DNA from: Octopus bimaculoides
Taxonomy: Eukaryota
Direction: 5' to 3'
Assembly (NCBI RefSeq): GCF_001194135.2
Contig: NC_068996.1
Coordinates: 37,227,119 to 37,291,118 of the forward strand
Length of the DNA: 64,000 nucleotides
The first letter of the stretch is position 1, and the number at the start of each line of letters is the position of its first letter. Made by a program: the position numbers and the translations under genes. Below, one piece after another: positions 1 through 13,981 of this stretch. The notes under the pieces are model-generated. The model saw nothing but the letters and a program-made list of their open reading frames with translations. It searched no databases and was not told where the DNA came from.

Positions 1-63
1 ATTTGTCGGTTTTATATCACATGTTCACTCTGTTTGCTTTGTCACAAGTTCTTTGTTTCTATA

Positions 64-187
64 TTTTAGTCTTTACTAAATATATTGAAATTAATTACTT
101 TATAATTATAATTGTTTTGCTTTATTTTTAGTCTTTACTAAATATATTGAAATTAATTACTTTATAATTATAATTGTTTTGCTTTAT
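64..187. repeat. 62-bp tandem duplication
   Basis: AGTCTTTACTAAATATATTGAAATTAATTAC... recurs at 68 and 130. Confidence 0.9.
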
Positions 188-1721
188 TTTTTTTGTTCGC
201 TAGCAGCCTTCAAAGTTACTTTTATTTGTATTTGAAGGTTGTTCACCATCACAGCTGTGAAGAAGACAATCATTACAGTACACCATCTTACACATACCTC
301 ATTTTGTCATCATCATTCCCTAATACACACCGTTATATATATACACATCTCATATACACAGCTCATGCACATATTAGTGTCCTTTATATACACTACCATA
401 CACCATCACATTTGTATACACATCATGTTTAACTCTAACTCTCAATAGTCACTTCCATATATCTTATATAAGTCTTATAACACATTTTACCTCTCTCCAT
501 CTGTTTTCTCTCCTCATTCCTTCTACAGAGAGGAATGAGGAGAGAAACATCAAAGACTTCTTCCATTTTTCCTGAGCGTCAAACTAATACAACCTGTTTG
601 TTGTTCCCTCACTTGTCTCTGTCTTTTGTTTTCCTTTGTATAATTTTAAAGTAATATATATATATATATATANNNNNNNNNNNNNNNNNNNNNNNNNNNN
701 NNNNNNNNNNNNNNNNNNNNNNNNNNNNNNNNNNNNNNNNNNNNNNNNNNNNNNNNNNNNNNNNNNNNNNNNNNNNNNNNNNNNNNNNNNNNNNNNNNNN
801 NNNNNNNNNNNNNNNNNNNNNNNNNNNNNNNNNNNNNNNNNNNNNNNNNNNNNNNNNNNNNNNNNNNNNNNNNNNNNNNNNNNNNNNNNNNNNNNNNNNN
901 NNNNNNNNNNNNNNNNNNNNNNNNNNNNNNNNNNNNNNNNNNNNNNNNNNNNNNNNNNNNNNNNNNNNNNNNNNNNNNNNNNNNNNNNNNNNNNNNNNNN
1001 NNNNNNNNNNNNNNNNNNNNNNNNNNNNNNNNNNNNNNNNNNNNNNNNNNNNNNNNNNNNNNNNNNNNNATATTGTCTTGCAAGTACTCAGTGACCCTGT
1101 CAGTGAAGGTGCCACTTAAAAGTACCCAGTCCACACTGTAAAGTGGTTGGTGTTTGGAAGGGCATCCAGCTGTAAAAATCATACCAAAACTGACCTCGCC
1201 TGTGCTGGTGCCACATAAAAAGCACTAAGTTCACTCTGCTGGGTGGTTGGTGTTAGGAAGGGCATCCAGCTGTAAAAATCCTGCCAAAACAATTTACAGA
1301 AGTCTGGCGCAGGCTTCTGCCTAGCCGGCTCCTGTTAACCATCCTACCCATTCTAGCATGGAAGATGGATGTTAAATGATGATGTGTTTGGATACTTATT
1401 TATCACACCGTGTATGTAATGGTGTATGTTAGTGAAACATGGATAGTGAATGTAGAGGACTATGCTAATACAAGCACTGGAGCATGATACAGTCCTTGGG
1501 TCTGTCATGTCCCATCAAACCATCCAACCCATTCCAACGTGGAACGTGGATGTTCAATGATGGCTGTGGCGATGGTGTTGTCGTTGCTTCCCAGTCACAT
1601 TGCATTCCGCTATGAAAAGCTGAGAGCAAGGAGGATGGTCAATTGGTTGTGCTTTATTATATGAATGAAAGGGATCAGATTTAATGATAGTTTATAGGCA
1701 ATGTGATGATGATGATGATGA

Positions 1722-1785
1722 TGATGACGATGACGATGATGATGACGATGATGACGACGATGATGATAATGATGATGATGATGAT
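1722..1785. repeat. (GAT/GAC)n microsatellite
   Basis: direct reading. Confidence 0.95.
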
Positions 1786-1908
1786 GTTGGATTATTGGCA
1801 ATGTGAGTGTGTGGCCTTGATGCCTTTCTTCAAAACACGAGTGATGGAACTTATTCTCTCTATAATAAAATATACACTATTCATATGTATGCACTTTATC
1901 TTTGACAG

Positions 1909-2084
1909 GAATGAAAATAGCCAGACTAAATCAAAACTGAAAACTGTTGTAAAATGTCTGCAAAGTCTAAAGATAGAATTTGTTAGTATTTCTGATATAG
2001 CAGAAGAAAATAAGAAGTATGCCAACCAAAAAGTTAAAGAATTCAGGAGCTATCTTCAACAAATCATTGCTGCTCATCAAACAG
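1909..2084 (+). CDS. LEKR1: LEKR1-like exon (first visible; starts in phase 2)
   Basis: tttgacag|G AAT GAA...CAA ACA G|gtatgt; NENSQTKSKLKTVVKCLQSLK...QQIIAAHQT. Confidence 0.8.
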
Positions 2085-3647
2085 GTATGTCATTATCATT
2101 CTGATTAGCACCACCATAATCACCATTGATTTCATTGATAACACATGGTGCATCTACATAGGGGTGGGGGGCTCAGTCTGATAGACATAGCAGTTAAATC
2201 TACTCTTAAGTCACATACTGCTGCTTTGTGTGCTTTGTCTGGTCGTGGCTGGAAGACTTTCTATCATAGGCCTGTTAGATCATGGAGTTAAACAACAATA
2301 ATTACAACATTGTCGTCGTTGTCGCAGCATTATTATCATCATTGTTGTCACCACCACCTCCACCACCACCACCACCACCATCAAAACCACCACCATCACC
2401 ACACCACCATCATCATGATCATCACCACCATGACCACCACCATGACCACCATCATCATCTTCATCACGGCCATCACCATTACCATCACCTCCATCCACCA
2501 CCACTGCCCCAAGCACCACTATCATCATCAATACCACCACCAGTACCACCATCATCATTATCTTCACAATCACCACTACCACCACATCCATCCATCACCA
2601 TCACCACCACCACCACCTCCACTGTCATCAATACCACCAATACCACCAGCATCAGCACCACCATCANNNNNNNNNNNNNNNNNNNATCATCAATACCACC
2701 AGCACCACCATCATCATTATCTTCACAATCACCACTACCACCACATCCATCCATCACCATCACCACCACCACCACCTCCACTGTCATCAATACCACCAAT
2801 ACCACCAGCATCAGCACCACCATCATTATCCTCATCTCAATCATCATTTTAATATTTCATTCATCACTGCCAGTACCTTCCTCTGACCATTTTACCATTC
2901 TTTAATGTCATGAGTTATTTATGCAATCAGTTAAAGTTTAGATCGGACATGGAATTGCTTGGTAAAAATTGTGTTCCAGAACAAAATAAATTAAAAAGTC
3001 AGTTGTTCTTTTAACATAAATGTTTCTTCCAAAAGTCTATATTCTATTTTTTTTTTTTTTATCTCTTAATTTACTAAATCTCAGATCTTCAGCAAATGAA
3101 GCTGAAGAATTTTTCCTTGGAGAAAGAAAATAACGAGTTATTGAAATTGAAGGAGAATTATTTAAAGATTGAAAAGGATAGTCATGTTTTTAAGAGAAAT
3201 GCTGACCTTGCTGATCAGAAACTGAAGAATTTAGAGAATGCCAACCAATTGAATAAACAAAGAATCAGAGGTATGGATTAAGAAATATTCCTTAGTTCTT
3301 GTCAATGCTATTCTATAGAAACCATTGATAGAAATGGGTTTAGGAACTTGGGGTATGCTGAGGTCTGTGAGTCTGATGTTTGGTACACCCACATTGAAAG
3401 AATATGGGCCACTGCCTTTGGTTCTGTAGAATATTTAAGAAATGTCTTTCATGTTTTTTTTTGTATCTTTTGTCTTTTACTTGTTTCAATCATTTGGACT
3501 GTGGCCATGCTGGGACATTGCTTTGTAGTGGTTTTAGTCAAACAGATCAAGCCCAGTATTTGGTTTTTTAAAGCCTGGCACATAACTGGTAAGTTATGGG
3601 CATGTAAACAAACCACCATCAGTTATCGAGCACCAGTAGAGGACAAA

Positions 3648-3693
<46 letters not shown>

Positions 3694-6600
3694 ATATATA
3701 TATATATTTACATATATACATATACATATATATATATATATANNNNNNNNNNNNNNNNNNNNNNNNNNNNNNNNNNNNNNNNNNNNNNNNNNNNNNNNNN
3801 NNNNNNNNNNNNNNNNNNNNNNNNNNNNNNNNNNNNNNNNNNNNNNNNNNNNNNNNNNNNNNNNNNNNNNNNNNNNNNNNNNNNNNNNNNNNNNNNNNNN
3901 NNNNNNNNNNNNNNNNNNNNNNNNNNNNNNNNNNNNNNNNNNATATATAAATAAATATATGCCAAATTTGTACCAAAACTGGTTTCAGCTGACCAAAAAA
4001 ACACTAGGATTTCAGTTGCACAAGATCTCTTTGATTGTGTTGAGAACAATGAAAACTTTTTGAAAATGGTCATAACAGGTGATGAATCATGGGGTCTATG
4101 GCTATGACCCCGAAACAAAGGCTCAGTCTTCACAGTGGAAGACCCCAACCTCTCTGAGACCAAAGAAAACACAAATGAGTTGAAGCAATGTGACAATTTT
4201 CTTCGACTACAACGGGATTGTTCATCATGAGTGTGCTCCACCTGGTCAGACAACAAACAAGGAGCACTACCATGACATTTTGCGGCCTTTGCAGGATGCT
4301 ATTCATCGGAAAAGGCTACAATTTCATGTATCTGGTGAGTGGCAGTTGCACCATGACAATGTACCTGCCCATTTAGTGCAGCTTGTGCAGCAGTTCTTGG
4401 CTAGGCACAGCATTCCCCAGGTCCGACAGCCACCATATTTCCCAGAACTCACCCCTTGAGACTTATTCCTCTTTCCAAAAATCAAATCCCGGTTGAAAAG
4501 ATGATTTCAGGACGCCGAGGAAATCAAAGTGAATATAACAAGGCAGCTGCTAATTATCCCAGAAAACGAGTTCCAGGAATGCTTCCATCAATGGATGCAG
4601 CACTGGATTAAATGTGTGGCTTCCAAAAGGGATTACTTTGAAGGAGATTAAATGCCAAATTGGTACATGTTATAGTTTTGTTTTTATAGAACCAGTCCGG
4701 ATACTTATTGACCAGACCTTGTACATGTGTACATGCAGGTCAACATGCTTATGTATGTGCATATCAAGTCATTATTGTTATGATATTGAAGTGCTGAGTT
4801 CAAAACTGTGATCATGCCACACCCTTGTTTACATGATGCCATGTATAATTCTATTGGTTCCACTTTGCCTGACTGACAAAATCAAAAAAAGAGTAAAGGA
4901 CAACTCTTAGTAGATGTAGATTCTTCTAATGTTTTATACTCCTTTTCTTTCACTGTTATTGTTCCGATTTCTATGTAAATTGCCCTAACACCTACTTTAT
5001 ATTTGTTCATCTCCTTTCATTTTCCATTACACACATTTTCTAATTTTTCCATTGCTCATCAATTGCATTCATGTACACACACACACACACACATGCACAC
5101 ACACACACAAGTATCGATGTGTGATGTTGGTCAAAAAATTTCACTTTATACGAGCAAGTCCCAGCCTTGTAAGTGAATTCTTATGATGGAAACTGAAAGG
5201 AAGTTCATTATGCATGGCACTTCATCCCCACTCCTCATTTGTTTTGATGTTCTCATGCTTGCACAACACTTAATCTTCCACAATCCCACAACCTCCAAAT
5301 CATTTTCTTTTTTTCTCTTTTTTTATTCCCATTGTCCTTTTGATATTTATGTGTGTGTGTGTGGGGGGGAGTTGGCTGGATGGATTTCCTTTTTTTGTCC
5401 TTCTCTTCCTCCCATTTTTTCTTGCTCTCTTGACCAACTCTTCATCCATTTTTTCCCACTCACTGACTATTCCTCTTTTTCATTCTCATTCTTTCCTTTT
5501 TTCTGATGAAGGACTAATGTTTGAAATGTTAAGACACTTTTTTTTTCTATCAAAACATTAATTTAATGCCTTATTTGCTAATCTCTGTTACTTCTGCCTT
5601 GCCCTTTTATCTTGTTACGGACTTAAGGGTATTTAGTAAAGATCTGTGTAGCAAAAGTTTACATAAGCATAGAATTGGTAAAAAGTAGAAATCATTTTGG
5701 CTTTGTTTTATTTATTTCCTGCAAGTCTGAATAAAAAGTTATTCTTTTATCTACATTGTAGAACTTGAAGACAAACTAGAAAATTATCAAGAAATCAATC
5801 ACCAAAGCGTTATGGAAGGCAATCAATACAAGGATCAGCTTAAGTAAGATAACTTCTTGGATTTGAAGTTTGTTTTTTAATTTTAACAAAGGAAGCAAAT
5901 AACTAATTTTTTCAAAGACAACACTTGAATTAATTGAATCACTACTCATGTTAAACTGGTTTTTTTTACTGATCCAAATAACAAATTGTATTGAGTCTCA
6001 TTGTCTTATAAAGTCTAGTCATATAAAACAGTGTATGTACACACACACGCACTTCTGGTTATCCATCAACTCAAATGATGACCATTTTCCTTTTCATTTA
6101 TAGATTCTTTAATGATTGCACATCCCATTCCATAATGTACAGCTTTTGTCACAGATTGAACATGATAGTGCTCGGTTAAAGCAACATGATGTAAATTTGT
6201 ATGTATGTCCATTTTCTGGTTGTACTGCTGTATGTGTTTTTTCTGCATATCTTCAACCTCCTTTCAATAGTGAGACCACCAAAGTGAATGGCATATATCT
6301 TTGTCTGCTATTGTTGCAGGATTGATTTTGTTCTTCTTCAAAACGATCTTCTGCAGGCACTGGAATCATTTCTTAAGTCCATCAGTCAGGTTTTGATCAC
6401 AATCTAGCTCGCCATAGTGATTCATACAGAGAAGACATGAGTCACACATGCACACTACATGATCAAACCATTTTAGTTGATGCCTGTACAATACTGCAGG
6501 TGTTAGTTTTAACAGAAGGTTTATAGGTATGTAACTCTATCTTGTCAAGTGACTAAAAGAATCTTCTAGAAACACTGGATTTTAAAGACCTCCAGTGTCC

Positions 6601-9600
6601 TGTTCTATTGGCTGTACTTGCTCTGTTTCTGGGCACCCATGGTGGATGTCCAGTAAAAGACAACTTTGGTATGAGATAGCTGTTTAGAAAGAATCAAGTG
6701 GGCAGTCATTGGAAATGGTGCTGCCAAGTTATCTATCAGACTTGGGAGAGTGTGACTGGTTGTACTGTTGCATCGAGGAAATGTTAAAGTGAGAAGGTGA
6801 TGAAGATGACTTCAATTTTGTGATGTTAAATGATAGATGTAGCTATTTATAATCAGTAATAATGAGGTTGCTAGTGAGAAAGATATCAAACAGTATGGGG
6901 ATCAGTATGCAGTCTTGCCTAACTCCCATATTTATCCTAAGGGTTTTATATTTCTGCTTTTAACAATAATGAATCATCATCCCTGTGAGAACTAACAGAG
7001 GCAGATAACCAATTTTTCTGTGAATATTCCATAAGTTTTAAACAGATGTAACTGCCCTTCTTCAAGATTTCTACTGAAATATTGTCCAGTCTAGATGGCA
7101 GTGCTAAATTCAGCAAAGGATAGTGGATTGTCAAGCTGGTGATTACAGACCTCTCACAAAATTCCTCAATATTAGATCTACTAGTTTAGGGGCTGGTTCA
7201 AGTATTCTCAGTGTCCCACTATTGCTGATTGGGCTTTCAGCAGAGATGAGTCCCATGGAGCAATTCCTGGGACCACAATGGTCACATCCAGATTTCTTGA
7301 GCTTTAATTCACAATTTATGTATCAGGCTATGAAGCAGGAATTGAACCAAATTCCAAAGAGTTTTCCACTGAATAAAAACAAGTGTGACAATAAACTATT
7401 TAGATTTCCCTTGTGGGCATTATTCGTATCATTCAGGAGACTATTGGTTGTGGTTTGACCAAGCCAGTCTCAACATAGATGACAAAACATACAGAGAACC
7501 CATTTGTTATCCATGTTAGTTTCTAAGGTGGTGAATATCTCTCAAGTTTTAAGTCTGACCGCTGAAGAGATGAGAGTCTTGCCTGCTTGCCTGCCTGCCT
7601 ACATTCAGGAGGGAAAGGTTAGGGTCAAGGTTAGTGTTAGGCAAGCAGGCATACACAATGGGCTCCTTTCAGTTTCCATCTACCAAATCAATTCACAAGG
7701 TTTTTAGCTAGTGCAGGTTATTCTTTCCTAAGGTGCCATGCAAATAAGTTTTGAATTTGCAAAACCTAGAATACATTATTAACAAAAATAGTGATAATGA
7801 TATACAATGACAACAGCAAAAGCAATGAAAATAATAGCGACAATGGTGACAATGTTAATGATGATATATGATGAAAATTATGTGGTGTGCCCATAAGTGT
7901 TAATGAGCCATTTATAAGTGAACCATTCCAATTAATTTTATTTCTGTAGAAATATGAAGAATATGGTTGAAGAACTGAACTGCCAACTAAGGAAAAAGGA
8001 ACAACATATGGAGAATCTACTTCAGAAGTAAGTCAGATTTTAGATAACTAGGTGACTAGATACATAGCAATGACAATATGAGATGATATTGCAATGAGGA
8101 TATATTTGTTAGGTGTTTATTTAACAGCACACTAACATCAAAAACATATCAGGTAACAGAGAAAAAAAATAATAACAATAATCCTTTCTACTATAGACAC
8201 AGACTTGAAATTTGAGGTGGGGAACAGTTAATTACATCGACCCCAGTACTCAACTGGTACTTAATTTATTGTCCCCAGAAGAGATGAAAGGTAAAGTCGA
8301 CCTCAGTGGAATTTGAACTTTGAACGTAGCAATGGGCGAAATACTGCTAAGCATTTCGTCTAGCGTGCTAACAATTTTGCCAGCTCGCTGCCTTAATGAT
8401 AATAATAATAATAATAACGGCCCTGTCTACAATAGGCACAACACCTGAAATTTTGGTGGGAAAAAACTAGTTGATTACGTTGATACCCAGGGAAGTAAGG
8501 CATTCAGAATATGGCAAATACCTGATGGAGGGTATTCTCTTGGTTGCACGTCACTCAACAGTTTCCAGACGATTAATATTCTGAGCAAGATAAGGGTTCC
8601 AGACCGGAGATGCAAATTCCAGGTGAGGCCACACCATAGCTATATAAAACCTCAGATAGATAGCCGGAGAGCGACTCACAAAGGACTTGGTAAGTGATGC
8701 CAAGACACCCTCAGCCTTCTTGGCAATTTTAGCAATGTGTTTTGTCCAATGCAAATCGCTGTCGACAATAATGCCCAGGTCACATTCACAAGAAGACTTT
8801 TTGAGGTTAGTGTTGTGGAGGGAGTAACTAGATGCTGGGTTTTGATAATAATAACAATAATCCTTTCTACCATAGGCACAAGACCTGACATTTGGGTGAA
8901 GGGGTACTCAACTGGTATTTATTTTACCAATCCCTAAAAAGATTTAAGGCAAAGTCAACCATGGCAGAATAGAGCAATTTCAATTCAATAAAAGATAAGA
9001 ACACCAAACCACGGCACATGTCCACAATACATAGAACTGTGCTTAATAATGCGGTGAAAGCATGTAATTAAAATAAGACTACTCAATAAGAATTAGTATC
9101 CTTCTTGCTGACTAGAACCTTCCCATTTGGCATTCATTCATTCCTAATTTTTTCAGCACCGAACAGATACACATCATGGAATCCCATGAAAGATCTAGTG
9201 TTAAAGAATGCAATGTAGAATTTTTAATTCTTACTTTAGAATTTTCCTTGTTACTTTATTAGCAGCAGCATGGTATTTTTGCAAACAGAATATTGGTTTC
9301 AAATTTTGACACAAGGCCAGGAATTTTTTGAGTGTTGGGAAGGGAGTAAGTCGATTAGAGTGATCTCAATACTCAACTGGTATGTATTTTATCAACTTGG
9401 AAGGATGAAAGGCAAAGCTGACCATGGTGGACTTTGAACTCAGAATGTAAAGATAGATGAAATGCAGCTAGACATTTTGCCCAGTGCTGTAACAATTCTG
9501 CCAGCTCACTGCTTTATTTGCAAATAAAATATTAATAAAATATCTGGAAGATGGAATTTACAATGAGTGATACTTATCTCTGATAAGGTAGGAAGCTACA

Positions 9601-12370
9601 TAACAACAACAACAATAACAAAAATCAGTAAATCGGTAATTTGAACTCAGAACATAATAGGAGAGTATTGTAGTTCGCTTGAAGCCTTGTGTATTGTTTG
9701 TAAAGAATAAAAAGTTTTGAATGGTACAACAATGCACTATAAAACAAAAAATGGACTAACAGGTATATAGTCCATTTTTTGTATTATAGTGCATTGTTGT
9801 ACCATTCAAAACTTTTCATTCTTTTCAGAACATAATGTTTTGCTTGACATGCCAGCTTACTACCTTCATACAATAATAGTAATAATAACTAGAAAAGCAC
9901 TCAGATAGCGCAAACCTCCGGCAAGCAGCTCATTTCCACCCATATACACGCATGCTGAAAATCACCCAATTTCCCAAACCAACACCAGCAAAAACATAAC
10001 TTCCTTGGCGGGGGTAAAAAAAAAAACACAGCCATATGATTTTAAGAAAAAAACCCTTTAAAAGCAGGAATCATCTGAAGCAGTTCACAATCACCAACAT
10101 CATCAGCAGCATTGTCATTGCTTCCACTTCAACCACATACACCGCCATCAATGTTATGACGGTTACCTTGACAGTCAGTTTCACCACCACAACCAGTATA
10201 ACCACTGCAATACCACAACTAACACTATCATCAACACCACTATTACCACCATCACTTCAGTATCACACATCACACCGCTCCTGTTGCCATTATAACCACC
10301 GATACTATTTTATCCTCCTCCCATACTTATCTTGACCATCGTCATCATCAACATTGTCTCTAAACAGCAACGCCACCATAGGTTATGTGGAAATGATGTG
10401 TTTTCAAACTGCTTCAAAGAACATAACATTGTAATACTTCATGTAAAGTAAATATAACAAATGAAAAATCCTTCACGAATCCATAAAAATTCCCGGATCA
10501 CTACCAAAATTTCATCATCTGTTCCTTGTATCATTACCAACTTTTCCTGCAAGTTTTCTCAAATACTGTTCACAATTTTTTTGAGTTATTTTGCACACAG
10601 ACGGACAGACAAACAAACCAGTGCCGATGAAAACATAACCTCCTTCCTTGGCGGAGGTAATAATAATAACGATGATGATGATGATGATGATGATGATTTC
10701 CTTATTTGCTACCAGGGTGAAGGATGAGGGGACAATACAAAGACACATAAAATAATAATAATAATTCTTTCTACTATAGGTATGAGGCCTGAAATTTAGA
10801 GAAGGGGGTTATTCATAGATATTCACTCAGTTACCTAACTAAGTAGCAATGATGGGCAAGGAGAGAGACACAATAACAATAACAACAACAACAATAAAAA
10901 CGTTTATTATTCTTCATACTATGACTATGACTCTATGTTACAATGATGTGTTCTGCAGCAGTCAAATTGAAGTGCATGAGCTGCAACAAAAGCTGCATGC
11001 TGTGAGGAGAGAGTGCAATCGAGTGCAAGAGCAACTTAGCACAAAGCAGACAGATGATAATGAGATTAAACGGAAACAACAAGTGACGTCAAGTAAGTTC
11101 ATGCTTTTAACATTCTTGCTTTAGCAGCTGTGTGGTAAGTAGCTTGTTTATGAACCACGTGGTTCCGGATTCAGTCCCACTGTGTGATACCTTGGGCAAG
11201 TGTCTTCTACTATAGCCTCAGGCCGACCAAAGCCTTGTGAGTGGATTTGGTAGACGGAAACTGAAAGAAGCCTTGTGCGTGAGAAGACCCGGCACCTTTG
11301 GAAATGTGCTGTGCGTGAGAAGACCCGGCAAGCCAAGTAAGATCGTTGCCAGTGCCCCTGGACTGGTTCTTGTGCGGGTGGCACATGAGATGCACCATTT
11401 TGAGCGTGGCCGTTGCCAGTACCGCCTGACTGGCTCCTGTAGGATTTTCGAGCGAGATCGTTGCCNNNNNNNNNNNNNNNNNNNNNNNNNNNNNNNNNNN
11501 NNNNNNNNNNNNNNNNNNNNNNNNNNNNNNNNNNNNNNNNNNNNNNNNNNNNNNNNNNNNNNNNNNNNNNNNNNNNNNNNNNNNNNNNNNNGTGTTGCCA
11601 TCCGGTTTCACCAGTCCTCAGTCAAATCGTCCAACCCATGCTAGCATGGAAAGCGGACGTTAAACGATGATGATGATGATGATGATGATATATATATCGA
11701 TTTAAATAAGAGCTAAAAGATGATCCATTGTAAAAACTTTATTATGACCTATGATCATTTCGATGCAATATCCAGATCAATTCATGTATATTATAAAATA
11801 TGGAATATTGTATCTCTTCAGGGTCAGATTAATTCATAGCAGACAGTAAAAATAGACAACATTCATAGTTGTCCTAGAATTACATGTAAATAAATATTTT
11901 TAATATCTAACAGTTTTTTCTTCGGTCTGAGTTTTTTATTTACTTTCATAAGTCCAACTAGTTCCTTATCTAGCTTCATAGGATAACATCATAAATTAGC
12001 ATCACTTCTCATTTACTCTGTCTCCTAACGGTTTCAAGACCGATATGCTATACAGTTTCATTATGTATCATGTCTTTTCAACTTGTTTATTTACATGTAA
12101 TTATAGGACAACTATGAATGTTGTCTATTTTTACTGTCTGCTGTGAATTAATCTGACCCTGAAGAGATATAATATTCCATATTTTATAATATGCATGAGT
12201 TGGTCTGGATATTGCATCGAAATGATCATAGGTCATAATAAAGTTTTTACAATGGATCATCTTTTAGCTCTTATTTAAATCTATATACATACAAAAACTC
12301 ACATGTGAGAATTTTGCTCCGTTTGATAACAGATACAATATTTTTACCAAATTTTGGTAGAGATCTATAA

Positions 12371-12409
<39 letters not shown>

Positions 12410-13946
12410 TGTGTGTCTGTGTCTGTCCCCCCAGCATCGCTTGACAACCGGTTCAGCAAAAGAGACCGATAGAGTAAGTACTAGGCTTACAAAGAATAAG
12501 TCCTGGGGTTGATTTGCTCGACTAAAGGCGGTGCCCCAGCATGGCCACAGTCAAATGACTGAAACAAGTAAAAGAGTATCAATAATTAGAGTTATGTGGG
12601 GTCATTCTCAAGTGCTACTGGTAACATGTAACCCAGTACAGCCTGTCGCGTAGTCAAGCTGTGAATAACTAAACTGGCAACCCCACCAATCTTACTTGGT
12701 CAGAAGGGTGAATTTTGATACCCTGCAGAATGCAAAGCAATACTCAGCAAAGGGCCAAGAAGCTCAAATAATGTGTATATATAAGAGTTAAACTCAATGG
12801 TGAAATGTGTAGATAGTAAAAAATGTGTATATAGAAAAGTTAACCTCAGTGATGAAGAATTCCTGAGCCAGGGTCATGATGAAGTCATGGGAAGCAATAT
12901 GGCAGATGTGAAGTTGGGCATATTGATCTACATTCAACATATGATTTTCGTTCAGCAAAACTACATGACACAGCCTGGACAGAAGAGCCTCTTCAGCCAA
13001 TGGTCAGTTTAGGATCAACCAATCTAGTTAGTGGATTAATGTCATTTGAAATGGAATTGGCAATTCATCAATGCACTTTAGCGACTTGAAAACACTGTGG
13101 GACCTCATAGTATCCCCAACTAAGATTGGTTGACTAGTAAAAAAAAAAAAAAAAAAATTAGAGTTTGGGGTCACCAGATCATGGTTTCAATTTCCAGACC
13201 AGGTGGAGCATTACATTCTTAAGCATAACACTTCATTTCAGATGGCAAAAATTGATTTGATGATGGGAATGAGCTAATGTACAACACAAACATTTGATTG
13301 CTTTAAGCAAGTCATTTGTGCAGGTTTGTTCAGCAACAAATTGCAGAACCCTCAGCTTGTCATTTATGACAGAAGTGCTCGTCACGTCATGTTCAAATAC
13401 ATTCCATTTGTAACTATCTCACGTGAATGTGTGTTTGTGAGTGTGTGAGTGTGTTTATAGATTGTGTGGTTATCAAGCCCATTTCCCAACCATGTGGTCT
13501 TGGGTTCAATCCCTCTGTACAGCAGCTTGGGTTAATATAATTACAACTTCACGTTGGAAGCGCAAACTTGTAATGATTTTTTGGATGTTGGCTCTCGGGA
13601 ATTAGCTACAAATTTTCTGTTAGTTATGTTTTTGTCAAATTTTTGAAATATGTATGTATATGTGTGTATATATGGATAGATGGATATATGTATATACTTA
13701 TCTTTTATCTTTTACTACTTTTAGTCATTGTAATGTGGTCATGCCTGGGTACTGCCTTAAAGAGTTTCTAATCAAACGAATCAACCCCAGCACTTTTATT
13801 TTTTTAAAGTCTGGCATTTATTCTATCAGACTCTTTTGCTGAACTGCTAAATCATGGTTATATACACAAACCAACAGTGGTTGCCAAGCAGTGGTGGTGG
13901 GGCGACAAACATATACACAAAGACACACTCACGCATGCACACACAC

Positions 13947-13981
<35 letters not shown>

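Noticed and set aside
2520-2825. Near-identical blocks of about 140 bp on both sides of a 20-N gap
   Set aside because: Most likely unmerged contig ends or alleles (assembly artefact), not a real duplication.
1610-2905. Poly-His/Met/Pro/Thr ORFs, and similar ORFs at 14967-15447, 25276-25971 and 26918-27115
   Set aside because: They are translations of trinucleotide microsatellites with no splice context; the only real exon in 1610-2905 is 1909-2084.
12794-13012. ORFs with a faint RT-like look (LLSRL...LNVDQY...MTLAQE) or a possible extra LEKR1 exon
   Set aside because: Similarity is too weak, there are no convincing splice sites, and the flanking exons already join in phase.
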